A stretch of 38,593 nucleotides of DNA from positions 1-38,593 of IMG/VR virus record IMGVR_UViG_3300042328_001099; one strand, given 5' to 3'. The number at the start of each line of letters is the position of its first letter. Positions within the stretch are counted from its first letter, which is position 1. The notes under the pieces are model-generated. The model saw only the letters and a list, made by a program, of their open reading frames with translations. It searched no databases and was not told the DNA's origin. Positions 1-7,444 of the stretch are shown here, piece after piece. Both the position numbers and the translations under genes were made by a program. Source of the DNA: a virus. Its lineage: Duplodnaviria; Caudoviricetes.

Positions 1-4
1 CCCC

Positions 5-34
5 TTGACGGGATTATTCTGCATGTGCGATAAT
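5..34 (+). promoter_or_regulatory. sigma70-type early promoter P1
   Basis: TTGACG (5-10), 18-nt spacer, GATAAT (29-34). Overlapped by the inverted repeat GGGATTAT/ATAATCCC. Followed by the hairpin CGCGG-AGATA-CCGCG (44-58) and SD GAGGTGG. Confidence 0.75.
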
Positions 35-78
35 CCCATGAGACGCGGAGATACCGCGCCAATAGCACGAGGTGGATC

Positions 79-354
79 ATGCCGAGGTATACGATAGGGC
101 TAACCGAGCGCGTAGAGTACACGCTGGAGGTAGACGCCGAGAATCCCACGCAAGCGCTGCAAAAAGTGCAAGCGTACGGCAGGGACGCGGACGGGGTATG
201 CTCCGCCGAAGAAGAGGGCGAGGGCAGAGACCGCCGCATCTATGAGATTGACGGCCATGAGGTACGCGCTGGCCTCATCGTACCCGCCGCGCCTACCGAC
301 GCGCTGGGCATGCACGGGGACGGGTGCAACCCTTGGTGCTGGTGCTACGCCTAG
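79..354 (+). CDS. small early protein, DpnD/PcfM-like
   Basis: Strong SD GAGGTGGATC-ATG. N-terminal YTIGLTERVEYTLEVDAENPTQALQKV resembles the DpnD/PcfM-like pattern Y.V...E....VEVEA....A...V. Confidence 0.6.
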   Translation: MPRYTIGLTERVEYTLEVDAENPTQALQKVQAYGRDADGVCSAEEEGEGRDRRIYEIDGHEVRAGLIVPAAPTDALGMHGDGCNPWCWCYA

Positions 355-357
355 CGC

Positions 358-387
358 TTGACGGCATTATTGAGGTGTGCATATAAT
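358..387 (+). promoter_or_regulatory. sigma70-type early promoter P2
   Basis: TTGACG (358-363), 18 nt, TATAAT (382-387). Shares CTTGACGG.ATTATT and TGTGC with P1. Followed by the perfect palindrome CGGGCAATTGCCCG (395-408). Confidence 0.8.
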
Positions 388-431
388 AGGATCACGGGCA
401 ATTGCCCGCGCTATATAGCAGGAGGTGCATC

Positions 432-653
432 ATGGTGGTATACGAAACGATCATAGTGGTAAACGGCGAGGTACACGCCCGCATTACCGAGGACGAAAAA
501 AGCGCGCTGCAATACGCCGAGCATATCGCATGGGCGTATCTCGGGCGGGCTACGGCATCGCGCAATGACACCGCCGACGCGGTGCAGGAGATGATTATAG
601 ACGACGATAGGGTAGCCTACGCCGACGTAGCCGTTGAGCGCAGACTATACTAA
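432..653 (+). CDS. hypothetical early protein
   Basis: Start moved from 402 to ATG 432, which follows AGGAGGTGCATC. Confidence 0.7.
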   Translation: MVVYETIIVVNGEVHARITEDEKSALQYAEHIAWAYLGRATASRNDTADAVQEMIIDDDRVAYADVAVERRLY

Positions 654-681
654 ACAATCCAATAATAGCGGGAGGTTGATC

Positions 682-951
682 ATGCCACTATCACGATGGG
701 CAACGAAGGGCGAGGCTACTACGCTGCTGCTGGAGCGCGAGGGCGAGACGTGGGTACACGTAGCGGGGCGCAACGTCCCGCTCGGGTACTACGTGCTGGA
801 AGAGTACCAACGGGGCGAGGGACTACGCGGTGCGTGGGCGTTCATAGCGTTCACCGACGCGGACGCTATCCAAAGAGTAGAGGAGCGGGTAGCCGCTGGA
901 TACTATACGCCAACGGCGGCAAAGAATCCGCCGAAGCGCTTGACGGCGTAG
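682..951 (+). CDS. hypothetical early protein
   Basis: ATG 682 follows AATAGCGGGAGGTTGATC. Confidence 0.7.
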   Translation: MPLSRWATKGEATTLLLEREGETWVHVAGRNVPLGYYVLEEYQRGEGLRGAWAFIAFTDADAIQRVEERVAAGYYTPTAAKNPPKRLTA

Positions 952-968
952 TAGGCGGGGCGTATTAT
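940..968 (+). promoter_or_regulatory. sigma70-type early promoter P3
   Basis: TTGACG (940-945), 17 nt, TATTAT (963-968). Followed by the hairpin GCGGCGGG-ATAA-TCCGCTGC (973-992) and AATAGTAGGAGGTGGATCATG. Confidence 0.75.
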
Positions 969-1010
969 ATAGGCGGCGGGATAATCCGCTGCAATAGTAG
1001 GAGGTGGATC

Positions 1011-1301
1011 ATGGCGTACACAATCAAATTGCGAGACGTGGAGGGATCGGTGCGGTTGCTCAACGTCATAGCGGGATTCTCCGAGGATACCCCGCTATGG
1101 ACGCGGGACGCGGAGGGCAATAACCGCGCAACCATTGGCATGTACCAACTGAGCGGCGCCTACGGCGGCTGGAAATTGGAGCAAATTGTGAGCGAGGGCG
1201 GCGGGGTGCGCAGCATTACGCACGGCTACCTATCCAAGCGCGAGGTATATAATATGATCAACGCCTACCGCGAGGGCATGCGGGCAAAGAGCGAGAGATA
1301 G
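1011..1301 (+). CDS. phage hypothetical protein (SGAYGG / EGGGV motifs)
   Basis: ATG 1011 after AGGAGGTGGATC. The IGMYQLSGAYGG...SEGGGV...KRE pattern is recalled from small phage proteins. Confidence 0.7.
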   Translation: MAYTIKLRDVEGSVRLLNVIAGFSEDTPLWTRDAEGNNRATIGMYQLSGAYGGWKLEQIVSEGGGVRSITHGYLSKREVYNMINAYREGMRAKSER

Positions 1302-1310
1302 GAGGGGACA

Positions 1311-1532
1311 ATGAAATTGCAGCATATGAAATTGGACTATATGGGGCGCGGGGTGCGGGTGTACGTAGCGCAGGACGGCAACGGCAGCGTGGCCGTAGTG
1401 CTCCGCAATGAGGGCGGCCGACGCTATCGGCAGACGTACCGCTCAACGGGCGGCGACGGGGCGCAAGCGTGGGATCGTGCGATGGCCGACGCCCTAGCGG
1501 CAGAGCAGCGCATTATTGACGCGATCCGATAA
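1311..1532 (+). CDS. hypothetical early protein
   Basis: SD AGGAGGGG; directly follows the previous gene. Confidence 0.7.
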   Translation: MKLQHMKLDYMGRGVRVYVAQDGNGSVAVVLRNEGGRRYRQTYRSTGGDGAQAWDRAMADALAAEQRIIDAIR

Positions 1533-1545
1533 TAGGGTGTAGGAT
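1516..1545 (+). promoter_or_regulatory. probable early promoter P4
   Basis: TTGACG (1516-1521), 18 nt, TAGGAT (1540-1545), then SD CAGGAGGTGG. Confidence 0.5.
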
Positions 1546-1565
1546 AAGAGCAGGAGGTGGAAATC

Positions 1566-1811
1566 ATGATAAGCGCAGGGTACGACATGCGAAATTGCGG
1601 CGGGTGCGACGCCGTGCTGGTATATCCCGATGAGGGGCGCTACCAAATCTTCGGCCGCAATAGCGGCAAAGAATTGTGCAGCCGCTGCTATTGTGCGCGG
1701 CAGAATAATCCGCGCCCGCTGGGATCGGTATATTGTGAGTGCGCCGTATGCGACGCATGCGGCTGGGGAGAGTGCGGCCATGATGACGATAGCGCAGAGT
1801 GCTACGCATGA
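1566..1811 (+). CDS. Cys-rich small protein (several CxxC)
   Basis: ATG 1566 after AGGAGGTGGAAATC. Contains CGGC, CSRCYC and CECAVCDACGWGEC. Confidence 0.6.
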   Translation: MISAGYDMRNCGGCDAVLVYPDEGRYQIFGRNSGKELCSRCYCARQNNPRPLGSVYCECAVCDACGWGECGHDDDSAECYA

Positions 1812-2014
1812 TTAGGTGGGAGACCGAGGACGCGCTAAAGTGTGAGTGCGGCAATGAGCCATGGATTCATGGATTCTATTCTGCCGATCTCGCAACGGGC
1901 GAAGAGGTTGAGCCATATATCGGTGGCAATTGGGACGGGAGCACGTGGTTGTGCGCTAAGTGCGGCGTGGTAGAATCCGTTGCCGCGTGGGAAGAGGAAG
2001 AGGTGGAAGCATGA
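1808..2014 (+). CDS. acidic zinc-ribbon-like protein
   Basis: ATGA overlap with the upstream gene. CECG...CAKCG and a Glu-rich C-terminus. Confidence 0.65.
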   Translation: MIRWETEDALKCECGNEPWIHGFYSADLATGEEVEPYIGGNWDGSTWLCAKCGVVESVAAWEEEEVEA

Positions 2015-2103
2015 GCGAGAGCGAGAGGTTGCAGGGCAGAATATTAGCGGTTATTATATTCATGGCGCTGCTATTGAGCAGCCTAGGTAAGGAGGTGCTA
2101 TGA
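2011..2103 (+). CDS. 30-aa membrane peptide (not in ORF track)
   Basis: MSESERLQGRILAVIIFMALLLSSLGKEVL. SD GAGGTGG. ATGA overlaps at both ends. Confidence 0.6.
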   Translation: MSESERLQGRILAVIIFMALLLSSLGKEVL

Positions 2104-2300
2104 GAGAGGTGTGCGACGATTGCGGCCAAGAGAGCATAGACTATTATTGGGCAGACAATAATGCGACGCGCACGATGCAGGTGTATTGTGCGCATTGCGA
2201 GGAGCAACGATCAGAGCGCTATGGTTGCGCTATGATATTATCCGAGGGTGTAATGTGCCAAGACGGAGCATGTGGTTGCGGCGGCACGGGCGTATATTAG
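2100..2300 (+). CDS. Cys-rich small protein
   Basis: SD AAGGAGGTG. Contains CDDC, CAHC and CQDGACGC. Confidence 0.7.
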   Translation: MREVCDDCGQESIDYYWADNNATRTMQVYCAHCEEQRSERYGCAMILSEGVMCQDGACGCGGTGVY

Positions 2301-2313
2301 AGGGGGTGGATAA

Positions 2314-2442
2314 ATGAGCGAAGATCACGAGCACACGCTTTGTTGGAAAGATTGCGACAAAGCAGGCCATGAAGTTGATTGCTACGTTGCGAATTGCAAT
2401 TGTGGTTGGGAATCGTATGATTGTGAGGAGGTGGATCAATGA
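2314..2442 (+). CDS. 42-aa Cys/His-rich acidic peptide (not in ORF track)
   Basis: MSEDHEHTLCWKDCDKAGHEVDCYVANCNCGWESYDCEEVDQ. SD GGGGGTGG. Stop overlaps the next ATG. Confidence 0.6.
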   Translation: MSEDHEHTLCWKDCDKAGHEVDCYVANCNCGWESYDCEEVDQ

Positions 2443-2771
2443 GCGCAGCGGCAGAGGTATATCTATCAATTAGTAAGCCATTTGATAGCGACAAAGTATC
2501 CGAGGAGGTGGAGCGACGTCTCAATGACGTCGGGTTTAGCGGTGCGACGCCGCAGCCATTTATTAGCGGCTATATTTGGGAGCCGCGTGGTTGGAGCGTA
2601 TCGTGGGACGTGTTTGAGCAGCGCTGGGCGGACGATTTCGTACGCGCCATTATGGCCATCGCGCCAGAGTGCGACGTAGAATTGTACGTCTACAATCTTG
2701 AGCGGGAGGCCGATAACGTATCAACGTCTCGGCGTCTCGTTGCATTGGCAGAAGACCCAGAAGCGAGGTGA
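2439..2771 (+). CDS. hypothetical protein
   Basis: SD AGGAGGTGG; acidic 110-aa ORF. Confidence 0.75.
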   Translation: MSAAAEVYLSISKPFDSDKVSEEVERRLNDVGFSGATPQPFISGYIWEPRGWSVSWDVFEQRWADDFVRAIMAIAPECDVELYVYNLEREADNVSTSRRLVALAEDPEAR

Positions 2772-2774
2772 ATA

Positions 2775-3077
2775 GTGAGCAGGTTGCTGGTAATTGAGGT
2801 TCTTGGAGGCTCGGTGTCTGGCGTATCATTTGATACGGGCGAGGATTTGGACGTATCGGTGGCCATCGTAGACCACGACGACGAGCGGGTGTACCGCGTT
2901 GGCGAGGCCGATCAGGGAGGGGAGGAGATTCTTTCGCTAGTAAAGGGCGACGGATACACCGACGAAGATGACGAGGCGGACAATGAGCCTTATAGGCCGC
3001 CGTGCGATTGCGACCAATCGGGCAGCGGGTTTAGTTTGTGCCAATATTGTTTCGCAGAGCAAGTAGGGGGTGAATAA
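2775..3077 (+). CDS. highly acidic protein with C-terminal Cys cluster
   Basis: SD GAGGTG. D/E-rich (DEDDEAD) with CDC...CQYC. Confidence 0.7.
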   Translation: MSRLLVIEVLGGSVSGVSFDTGEDLDVSVAIVDHDDERVYRVGEADQGGEEILSLVKGDGYTDEDDEADNEPYRPPCDCDQSGSGFSLCQYCFAEQVGGE

Positions 3078-3439
3078 TGAGCAAGGCAATATTAGTTGGA
3101 GAGATCAATAGCAACGTCATTGAGTACACGAGTTTCTCCGATCTCAAGGGCAAGATGGATTGCAGGTATGCCGAGGTGGCCGTGCGCGGCGTGCTCGGGG
3201 ATATCCGCGTGCTGCTGCTCGTTGATGAGGAGGGACGGCTCAAGGATCGCAACTATTACAATGACGATGCGACGTTCATTGCTAATAGTCTGGTGAGCAT
3301 GCCGCTATCGCAATTTGATATTGTGGGCACGGCTGCGCTCCTCAAGCGCACGGACGAAGACATTGAGGGATTTACGGAGGCCGAAGCAGAGCAGGTAGCC
3401 AAGTGGTTATCAGAGGCTGGCATCGCGTTTGCATCGTGA
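3077..3439 (+). CDS. DUF3846-like protein
   Basis: LLVDEEGRLK...N..AT...DIVGTA.L...GFTE pattern, typical of DUF3846. Confidence 0.65.
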   Translation: MSKAILVGEINSNVIEYTSFSDLKGKMDCRYAEVAVRGVLGDIRVLLLVDEEGRLKDRNYYNDDATFIANSLVSMPLSQFDIVGTAALLKRTDEDIEGFTEAEAEQVAKWLSEAGIAFAS

Positions 3440-3651
3440 AGCGCACGATGACGTACGCGGAGTTCATCGGGTACGTGCCAGCCAAGCCTAGGCTGGCCGC
3501 GTTCTTGGTACTAGAGCCACGCATGGAGGCACGTGTAGAGGTGAGAGAGTGGAAGAGGCGCCGAGACATGCTCAAGCATATTGAGGAGCATGATAAATGC
3601 CAAGTTGGCAACGGCTGGCGCCCGACATGGATCGTATACACGCGCCGCTAG
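3436..3651 (+). CDS. hypothetical basic protein
   Basis: GTGA overlap with the upstream stop. Start could instead be ATG 3448. Confidence 0.45.
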   Translation: MKRTMTYAEFIGYVPAKPRLAAFLVLEPRMEARVEVREWKRRRDMLKHIEEHDKCQVGNGWRPTWIVYTRR

Positions 3652-3664
3652 GGTGTGGTACAAT
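3635..3664 (+). promoter_or_regulatory. extended -10 promoter for the replication cluster
   Basis: TG-G-TACAAT (3656-3664), weak -35 TATACA (3635-3640), AT-rich leader and AGGAGGT SD. Confidence 0.6.
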
Positions 3665-3697
3665 ATTGTAGTCAATCAATAATATAGGAGGTACACA

Positions 3698-4027
3698 ATG
3701 GAAGACTTTGTAGTGGCAAAGCGTGGGGATTATTTGCTGGTCAAGATTCTTTGCGAGTCATGCGGCAATGAGATTGAGCGCACGGGCAAGCGTGGCCGAC
3801 CAGCCAAGACGTGCAAGGCGTGCAAGACGGACGCCGTACAGAAGCGCGAGCAGCGCAACAAAGAGATCGCAGAGAATCTTCTCAAGTCAATCGGCGTTCA
3901 GTTCAGGGTGAACATGAACGAGGAGGGAGAGACGCCTAACTTCGTGTCCGTCAAGGGCGACGAGTTCTGGACGGCGATGGTAGCGAAGGCCATGCTGCGA
4001 CGTCAGGAGCAGGGAGAGGTGCGATGA
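3698..4027 (+). CDS. zinc-finger protein, possible DNA-binding regulator
   Basis: CESC...GKRGRPAKTCKAC followed by a charged helix. SD AGGAGGT. Confidence 0.65.
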   Translation: MEDFVVAKRGDYLLVKILCESCGNEIERTGKRGRPAKTCKACKTDAVQKREQRNKEIAENLLKSIGVQFRVNMNEEGETPNFVSVKGDEFWTAMVAKAMLRRQEQGEVR

Positions 4028-4284
4028 TGCCCGATATCCCAGCAGCAGACTTTATTGAGGACGAGCCAGTGGCGTTCTCGCTCATCGTGCACGGCTTCCA
4101 TTACGATGCCGTGTGGAAGGGCGGGAACATTGTATGGTTCTTTGACAGACACATACCGATGCCGTATTCTCCAGCATCTGCAGTTTCGTCGGAGATTATC
4201 AACGACGACTGGAATCAGCAGACGCTACCGAAGATGGTGTATCAATCTCTATCAAGGTTTGAGACGGAGAAGCGAGAGGCATGA
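4024..4284 (+). CDS. hypothetical protein
   Basis: ATGA coupling; SD GAGGTG. Confidence 0.65.
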   Translation: MMPDIPAADFIEDEPVAFSLIVHGFHYDAVWKGGNIVWFFDRHIPMPYSPASAVSSEIINDDWNQQTLPKMVYQSLSRFETEKREA

Positions 4285-4472
4285 ACTTCCTCAACCTATT
4301 CTGCCCAACGTATCCGAAGCACGGCAGAATATGGAACCTTGACGAGGACACGTTCTATTGCTCGCATCAGCAGCACGACGAGGAGGGGAAGGCAAATATA
4401 TGGACAGCAGAAGAGTTGATACAAGCGCATGCGATCAATGCGAAGGAACAGAACCAAGACCATTCTGGATAG
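4281..4472 (+). CDS. hypothetical protein (C...H / CSH)
   Basis: ATGA coupling with the upstream gene. Confidence 0.55.
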   Translation: MNFLNLFCPTYPKHGRIWNLDEDTFYCSHQQHDEEGKANIWTAEELIQAHAINAKEQNQDHSG

Positions 4473-4615
4473 AGTGGAGTAAGTATCAGGACGAGGTGGC
4501 CATCAAGGGCACGTGGTGCTCGTGGGCGTGCTACAATCGATCCTTTGAGAGCGCGTGGGAAGAGCAGGCTAACGGGTATCCGCAAGAGTTGTATGACATC
4601 GGAGGTGAGGGGTGA
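4400..4615 (+). CDS. small zinc-binding protein (CDQC...CSWAC)
   Basis: TRASH/FCS-like Cys pattern. Stop overlaps the helicase GTG. Start is uncertain. Confidence 0.5.
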   Translation: MDSRRVDTSACDQCEGTEPRPFWIEWSKYQDEVAIKGTWCSWACYNRSFESAWEEQANGYPQELYDIGGEG

Positions 4616-5871
4616 ACGCAACGCCATATGATAAGCGCGCCGAGATGGCGCTGGTTGGATGCGCGCTGATCCATCCCAATGCATTTGGCGCGTGCTCTTC
4701 TATCGTAGACTCCAAAGATTTCTACGATCCGACGGCGCGTGCAATCTGGCGCGCCGCCGAGGTGCTCACGAGGAAGGGCATCGCCATTGATCCGCTTACG
4801 ATCTCAACAGAATTGCCAAACGAGGTATCTCGCACGGCGATTGTTGATGCCATTTCGGACACGCCGCTTGGCGCAGACCCGAAGGCATACGCGCAGATCG
4901 TTGCCGAGTTGGCGGTCTATCGCAAGATGATTGACGCCGCTCAAGAGATCGCCAAACTGGGGCACTCACGGCCAGAGTCAGTGGACATTGCCATTGATCA
5001 GGCGCAGCGGCTGGTGTTCTCGCTCAATGCGCGCAAGGGTGCGCGTGCCAGCGTGGAACTCAACTCTGTAGCCGATGGCATTATTGATCGGCTCAACGAG
5101 GTGCTCACACTTGGCATTGACCCAGGAATCCCGACGGGCATTGAGTTGCTTGACGAGATCATCGGCGGGTGGCAGAAGTCAGACCTTGTAATCATTGCCG
5201 CTCGGCCGAGCGTCGGCAAGACAGCGCTTGCCATTACGACAGCAAAGAATGCTACGGAGAGAGGGCTGAATCGCGTGGCAATCTTCTCGCTAGAGATGAG
5301 CGCCCAGTCTATTGGCACGAGGTTGCTCGCCGCATTCTCTGGCATTGGGGTGCAGTCAATCCTGCGCGGCCGTGTACAGGGAGCAGACTGGATTCGCCTA
5401 GCATCTGGCGTATCAAAGATGCGCCGTGCAGATATTGTCATTGACGACACGCCGACCCTCGCACCAGCAGAGTTGCGCTCTCGCGCCAGACAGATGGCAC
5501 AGCAGAAGGGACTCGACCTAGTGATCGTGGACTATCTGCAACTCATGGTGTCAGACAGGGCGACCAAGGATGCCAACAGGGTGGTTGAGGTATCAGAGAT
5601 TAGCCGATCACTGAAGGCGCTGGCTCGGGAACTTGATGTTCCAGTGCTGGCATTGAGCCAACTGAACCGCTCTTCAGAGCACAGAGAGGACGGGGAGCCG
5701 AGGCTGTCCGACCTTAGAGACTCGGGTGCGATTGAGCAGGACGCCGACTTGGTGCTCATGCTCTGGCGCCCAAACGATCATGCCGTCCGCATGAAGGTGG
5801 CCAAGCATCGCAACGGGCCGACTGGGGAAGTCGATCTGGAGTGGAGGAAGGAAACGGTGGAGTTCAAATGA
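4612..5871 (+). CDS. dnaB: replicative DNA helicase (DnaB family)
   Basis: N-terminal AEMALVG...DFY, Walker A AARPSVGKT, FSLEMS, VIVDYLQLM, LSQLNR, LSDLRDSGAIEQDAD and AKHRNGPTG. Confidence 0.97.
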   Translation: MNATPYDKRAEMALVGCALIHPNAFGACSSIVDSKDFYDPTARAIWRAAEVLTRKGIAIDPLTISTELPNEVSRTAIVDAISDTPLGADPKAYAQIVAELAVYRKMIDAAQEIAKLGHSRPESVDIAIDQAQRLVFSLNARKGARASVELNSVADGIIDRLNEVLTLGIDPGIPTGIELLDEIIGGWQKSDLVIIAARPSVGKTALAITTAKNATERGLNRVAIFSLEMSAQSIGTRLLAAFSGIGVQSILRGRVQGADWIRLASGVSKMRRADIVIDDTPTLAPAELRSRARQMAQQKGLDLVIVDYLQLMVSDRATKDANRVVEVSEISRSLKALARELDVPVLALSQLNRSSEHREDGEPRLSDLRDSGAIEQDADLVLMLWRPNDHAVRMKVAKHRNGPTGEVDLEWRKETVEFK

Positions 5872-5966
5872 AGAAGAAGTCTCACTACAGCAAGTCGTTC
5901 GAGTGGGCAGCGATCATTATGCTTCTAATCAACGCCTTCGTCATTACTGCCATGGGACCTAGGTAG
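5868..5966 (+). CDS. possible 32-aa membrane peptide
   Basis: MKKKSHYSKSFEWAAIIMLLINAFVITAMGPR. ATGA-coupled to dnaB. Overlaps the 3' end of the convergent gene. Confidence 0.35.
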   Translation: MKKKSHYSKSFEWAAIIMLLINAFVITAMGPR

Positions 5967-6134
5967 CAACTGGGACAAGTAAACCTTTCCTGGGATGTCG
6001 TCGATATCGTCGCGCCCGAAGAAAGACTCGTAGACGATTCCGTACTTCCTGCAGTAGGCTCGGAGCGAAAGTCCTTCGCTCTCTGCCGCCTGTTTGAAGA
6101 ACTCCCTAGCCTCTTTCTCTCCGCTCTCGGTCAT
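5925..6134 (-). CDS. small HTH-like protein
   Basis: ATG 6134 with GAGGAG SD. SEGLSLRAYCRKYGIVY resembles a helix-turn-helix. Confidence 0.55.
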   Translation of the reverse strand: MTESGEKEAREFFKQAAESEGLSLRAYCRKYGIVYESFFGRDDIDDIPGKVYLSQLLPRSHGSNDEGVD

Positions 6135-6321
6135 TTGTAATCTCCTCGTTGAGGATGTCGAGAGCCAACTCCAAGCCAACAACGACACTTGATACGACCG
6201 CTGGGTCTGCGGTCCTGCTCTTTACTTGATTCATAAATGCGCGCCGAACTTCAGGGGATGTCATTCCGTTTGTTTGGATCATCCCCTGCAATCGCTTCAG
6301 CGTATTGTCCACAATACTCAA
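6106..6321 (-). CDS. hypothetical protein
   Basis: TTGA start/stop coupling within the operon. Confidence 0.55.
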   Translation of the reverse strand: MSIVDNTLKRLQGMIQTNGMTSPEVRRAFMNQVKSRTADPAVVSSVVVGLELALDILNEEITNDRERRERG

Positions 6322-6527
6322 GTCTGCTTTATTGCTTCAATGATAGCGTCAGCATTTCTGTTGACGACCACCACGGTGGCAGACAGGTTCTTGGTTCCAC
6401 AATGCGAACAGATCAACATGCGCAGGACTCCGAGTCCACGCGCAACAGGAACGCCGTACCTTCCACGGACAGCCCGTAGTTTTGGCCGACGACAACGCTT
6501 GCAGACCAAGTACTTACCAACACTCAA
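6318..6527 (-). CDS. zinc-ribbon protein
   Basis: CKRC...CSHC; coupled overlaps at both ends. Confidence 0.55.
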   Translation of the reverse strand: MSVGKYLVCKRCRRPKLRAVRGRYGVPVARGLGVLRMLICSHCGTKNLSATVVVVNRNADAIIEAIKQT

Positions 6528-6730
6528 TTAATTTCTAGCGCCACAAATGCCAGCAGCGCAGCGCTAATGGCATTGAAAGGCTCTGGCGCAAGCGCAGCGA
6601 AGCCAGCGGCCAGTGGAAGGGAGATGCGCGCTCGGCCACGCTTTGTCCCCGTAGTATTGGTAATTGTTTCCACAACCCTCTTTGTAAAGGGCTGGTTCCG
6701 CTCCTCAATTGTTTCTGGGTTTGTTGCCAA
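6524..6730 (-). CDS. small membrane protein
   Basis: SD AAGGAG. Hydrophobic C-terminal half. Confidence 0.55.
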   Translation of the reverse strand: MATNPETIEERNQPFTKRVVETITNTTGTKRGRARISLPLAAGFAALAPEPFNAISAALLAFVALEIN

Positions 6731-6902
6731 TTTCGGACTCCTTCGCTAGTTCTGCTGCAACTTGGGCAGCAATCTCTGACGCCTTGTTGTCATCAACTCC
6801 GCGCCTAATCAACTCCTCCCGAACAGCATCAAAGGCAATACCCCAGGACATCGTAATCTCCTGCGGGCTTTGCTTCTTCCTTCGCGGGGACGGGACGCTC
6901 AT
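6705..6902 (-). CDS. hypothetical protein
   Basis: ATG 6902 overlaps the rmlC stop (ATGA). Confidence 0.6.
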   Translation of the reverse strand: MSVPSPRRKKQSPQEITMSWGIAFDAVREELIRRGVDDNKASEIAAQVAAELAKESEIGNKPRNN

Positions 6903-7444
6903 CGTACCTTGTTCCAATCAATAACGTCCGAGTACCAGCCATTGACCCAGTGCTGCTGGAATGTCTTGGCCGTCTCGTCCTTCTCGGAGATAATGTATTC
7001 ATCCATCTTCGGCCAATCTACGCCAGCGCTTAACGGATTTATGGCCAACTCACCGCCACTAGAGTACCTGCCCGTGCATGCGTACACTACGGTCGTGTTA
7101 TCTTCGAGCGCCAAGAATCCCCTTGCCCACGATGCGTCGGCGTAGAACATCGCTGGCTTGTCTGGGCTAATCTCGCACGTCACGACCTTCTTAAAGTCCT
7201 CGGAATTCGGGTTGCAGTTCACGGCCGCAATGAATGCTCGGCCGCTGGTCACGGTCATCACCTTGCCCATCGGCTCGGTATGCTGAAGGTGTAGCCCGCG
7301 AAGGACGCCCTTCTTGCTTACGCTCATGTTGATCTGTTCAATCTGCCCGAACTTCTTGTCTCCGTCCCCAGACTTCCACAGTTCAACAAATTGGCCGCGC
7401 TCGTCTGGCCGAACAATTGGGTGCCATATAATCGTACCGATCAT
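6899..7444 (-). CDS. rmlC: dTDP-4-dehydrorhamnose 3,5-epimerase family (RmlC cupin)
   Basis: DERGQFVE, QINMSVSKKGVLRGLHLQ, MGK, WARGFLALED, GVDWP and IISEKD. Confidence 0.9.
   Translation of the reverse strand: MIGTIIWHPIVRPDERGQFVELWKSGDGDKKFGQIEQINMSVSKKGVLRGLHLQHTEPMGKVMTVTSGRAFIAAVNCNPNSEDFKKVVTCEISPDKPAMFYADASWARGFLALEDNTTVVYACTGRYSSGGELAINPLSAGVDWPKMDEYIISEKDETAKTFQQHWVNGWYSDVIDWNKVR

Noticed and set aside
622-651. Additional early promoter CCGACG-18-TATACT before the gene at 682
   Set aside because: The -35 is degenerate and no leader hairpin follows, so it is too weak to call.
696-1010. N-terminal extension of ORF 696-1301
   Set aside because: It overlaps gene 682-951 and runs through promoter P3. 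The strong SD points to ATG 1011.
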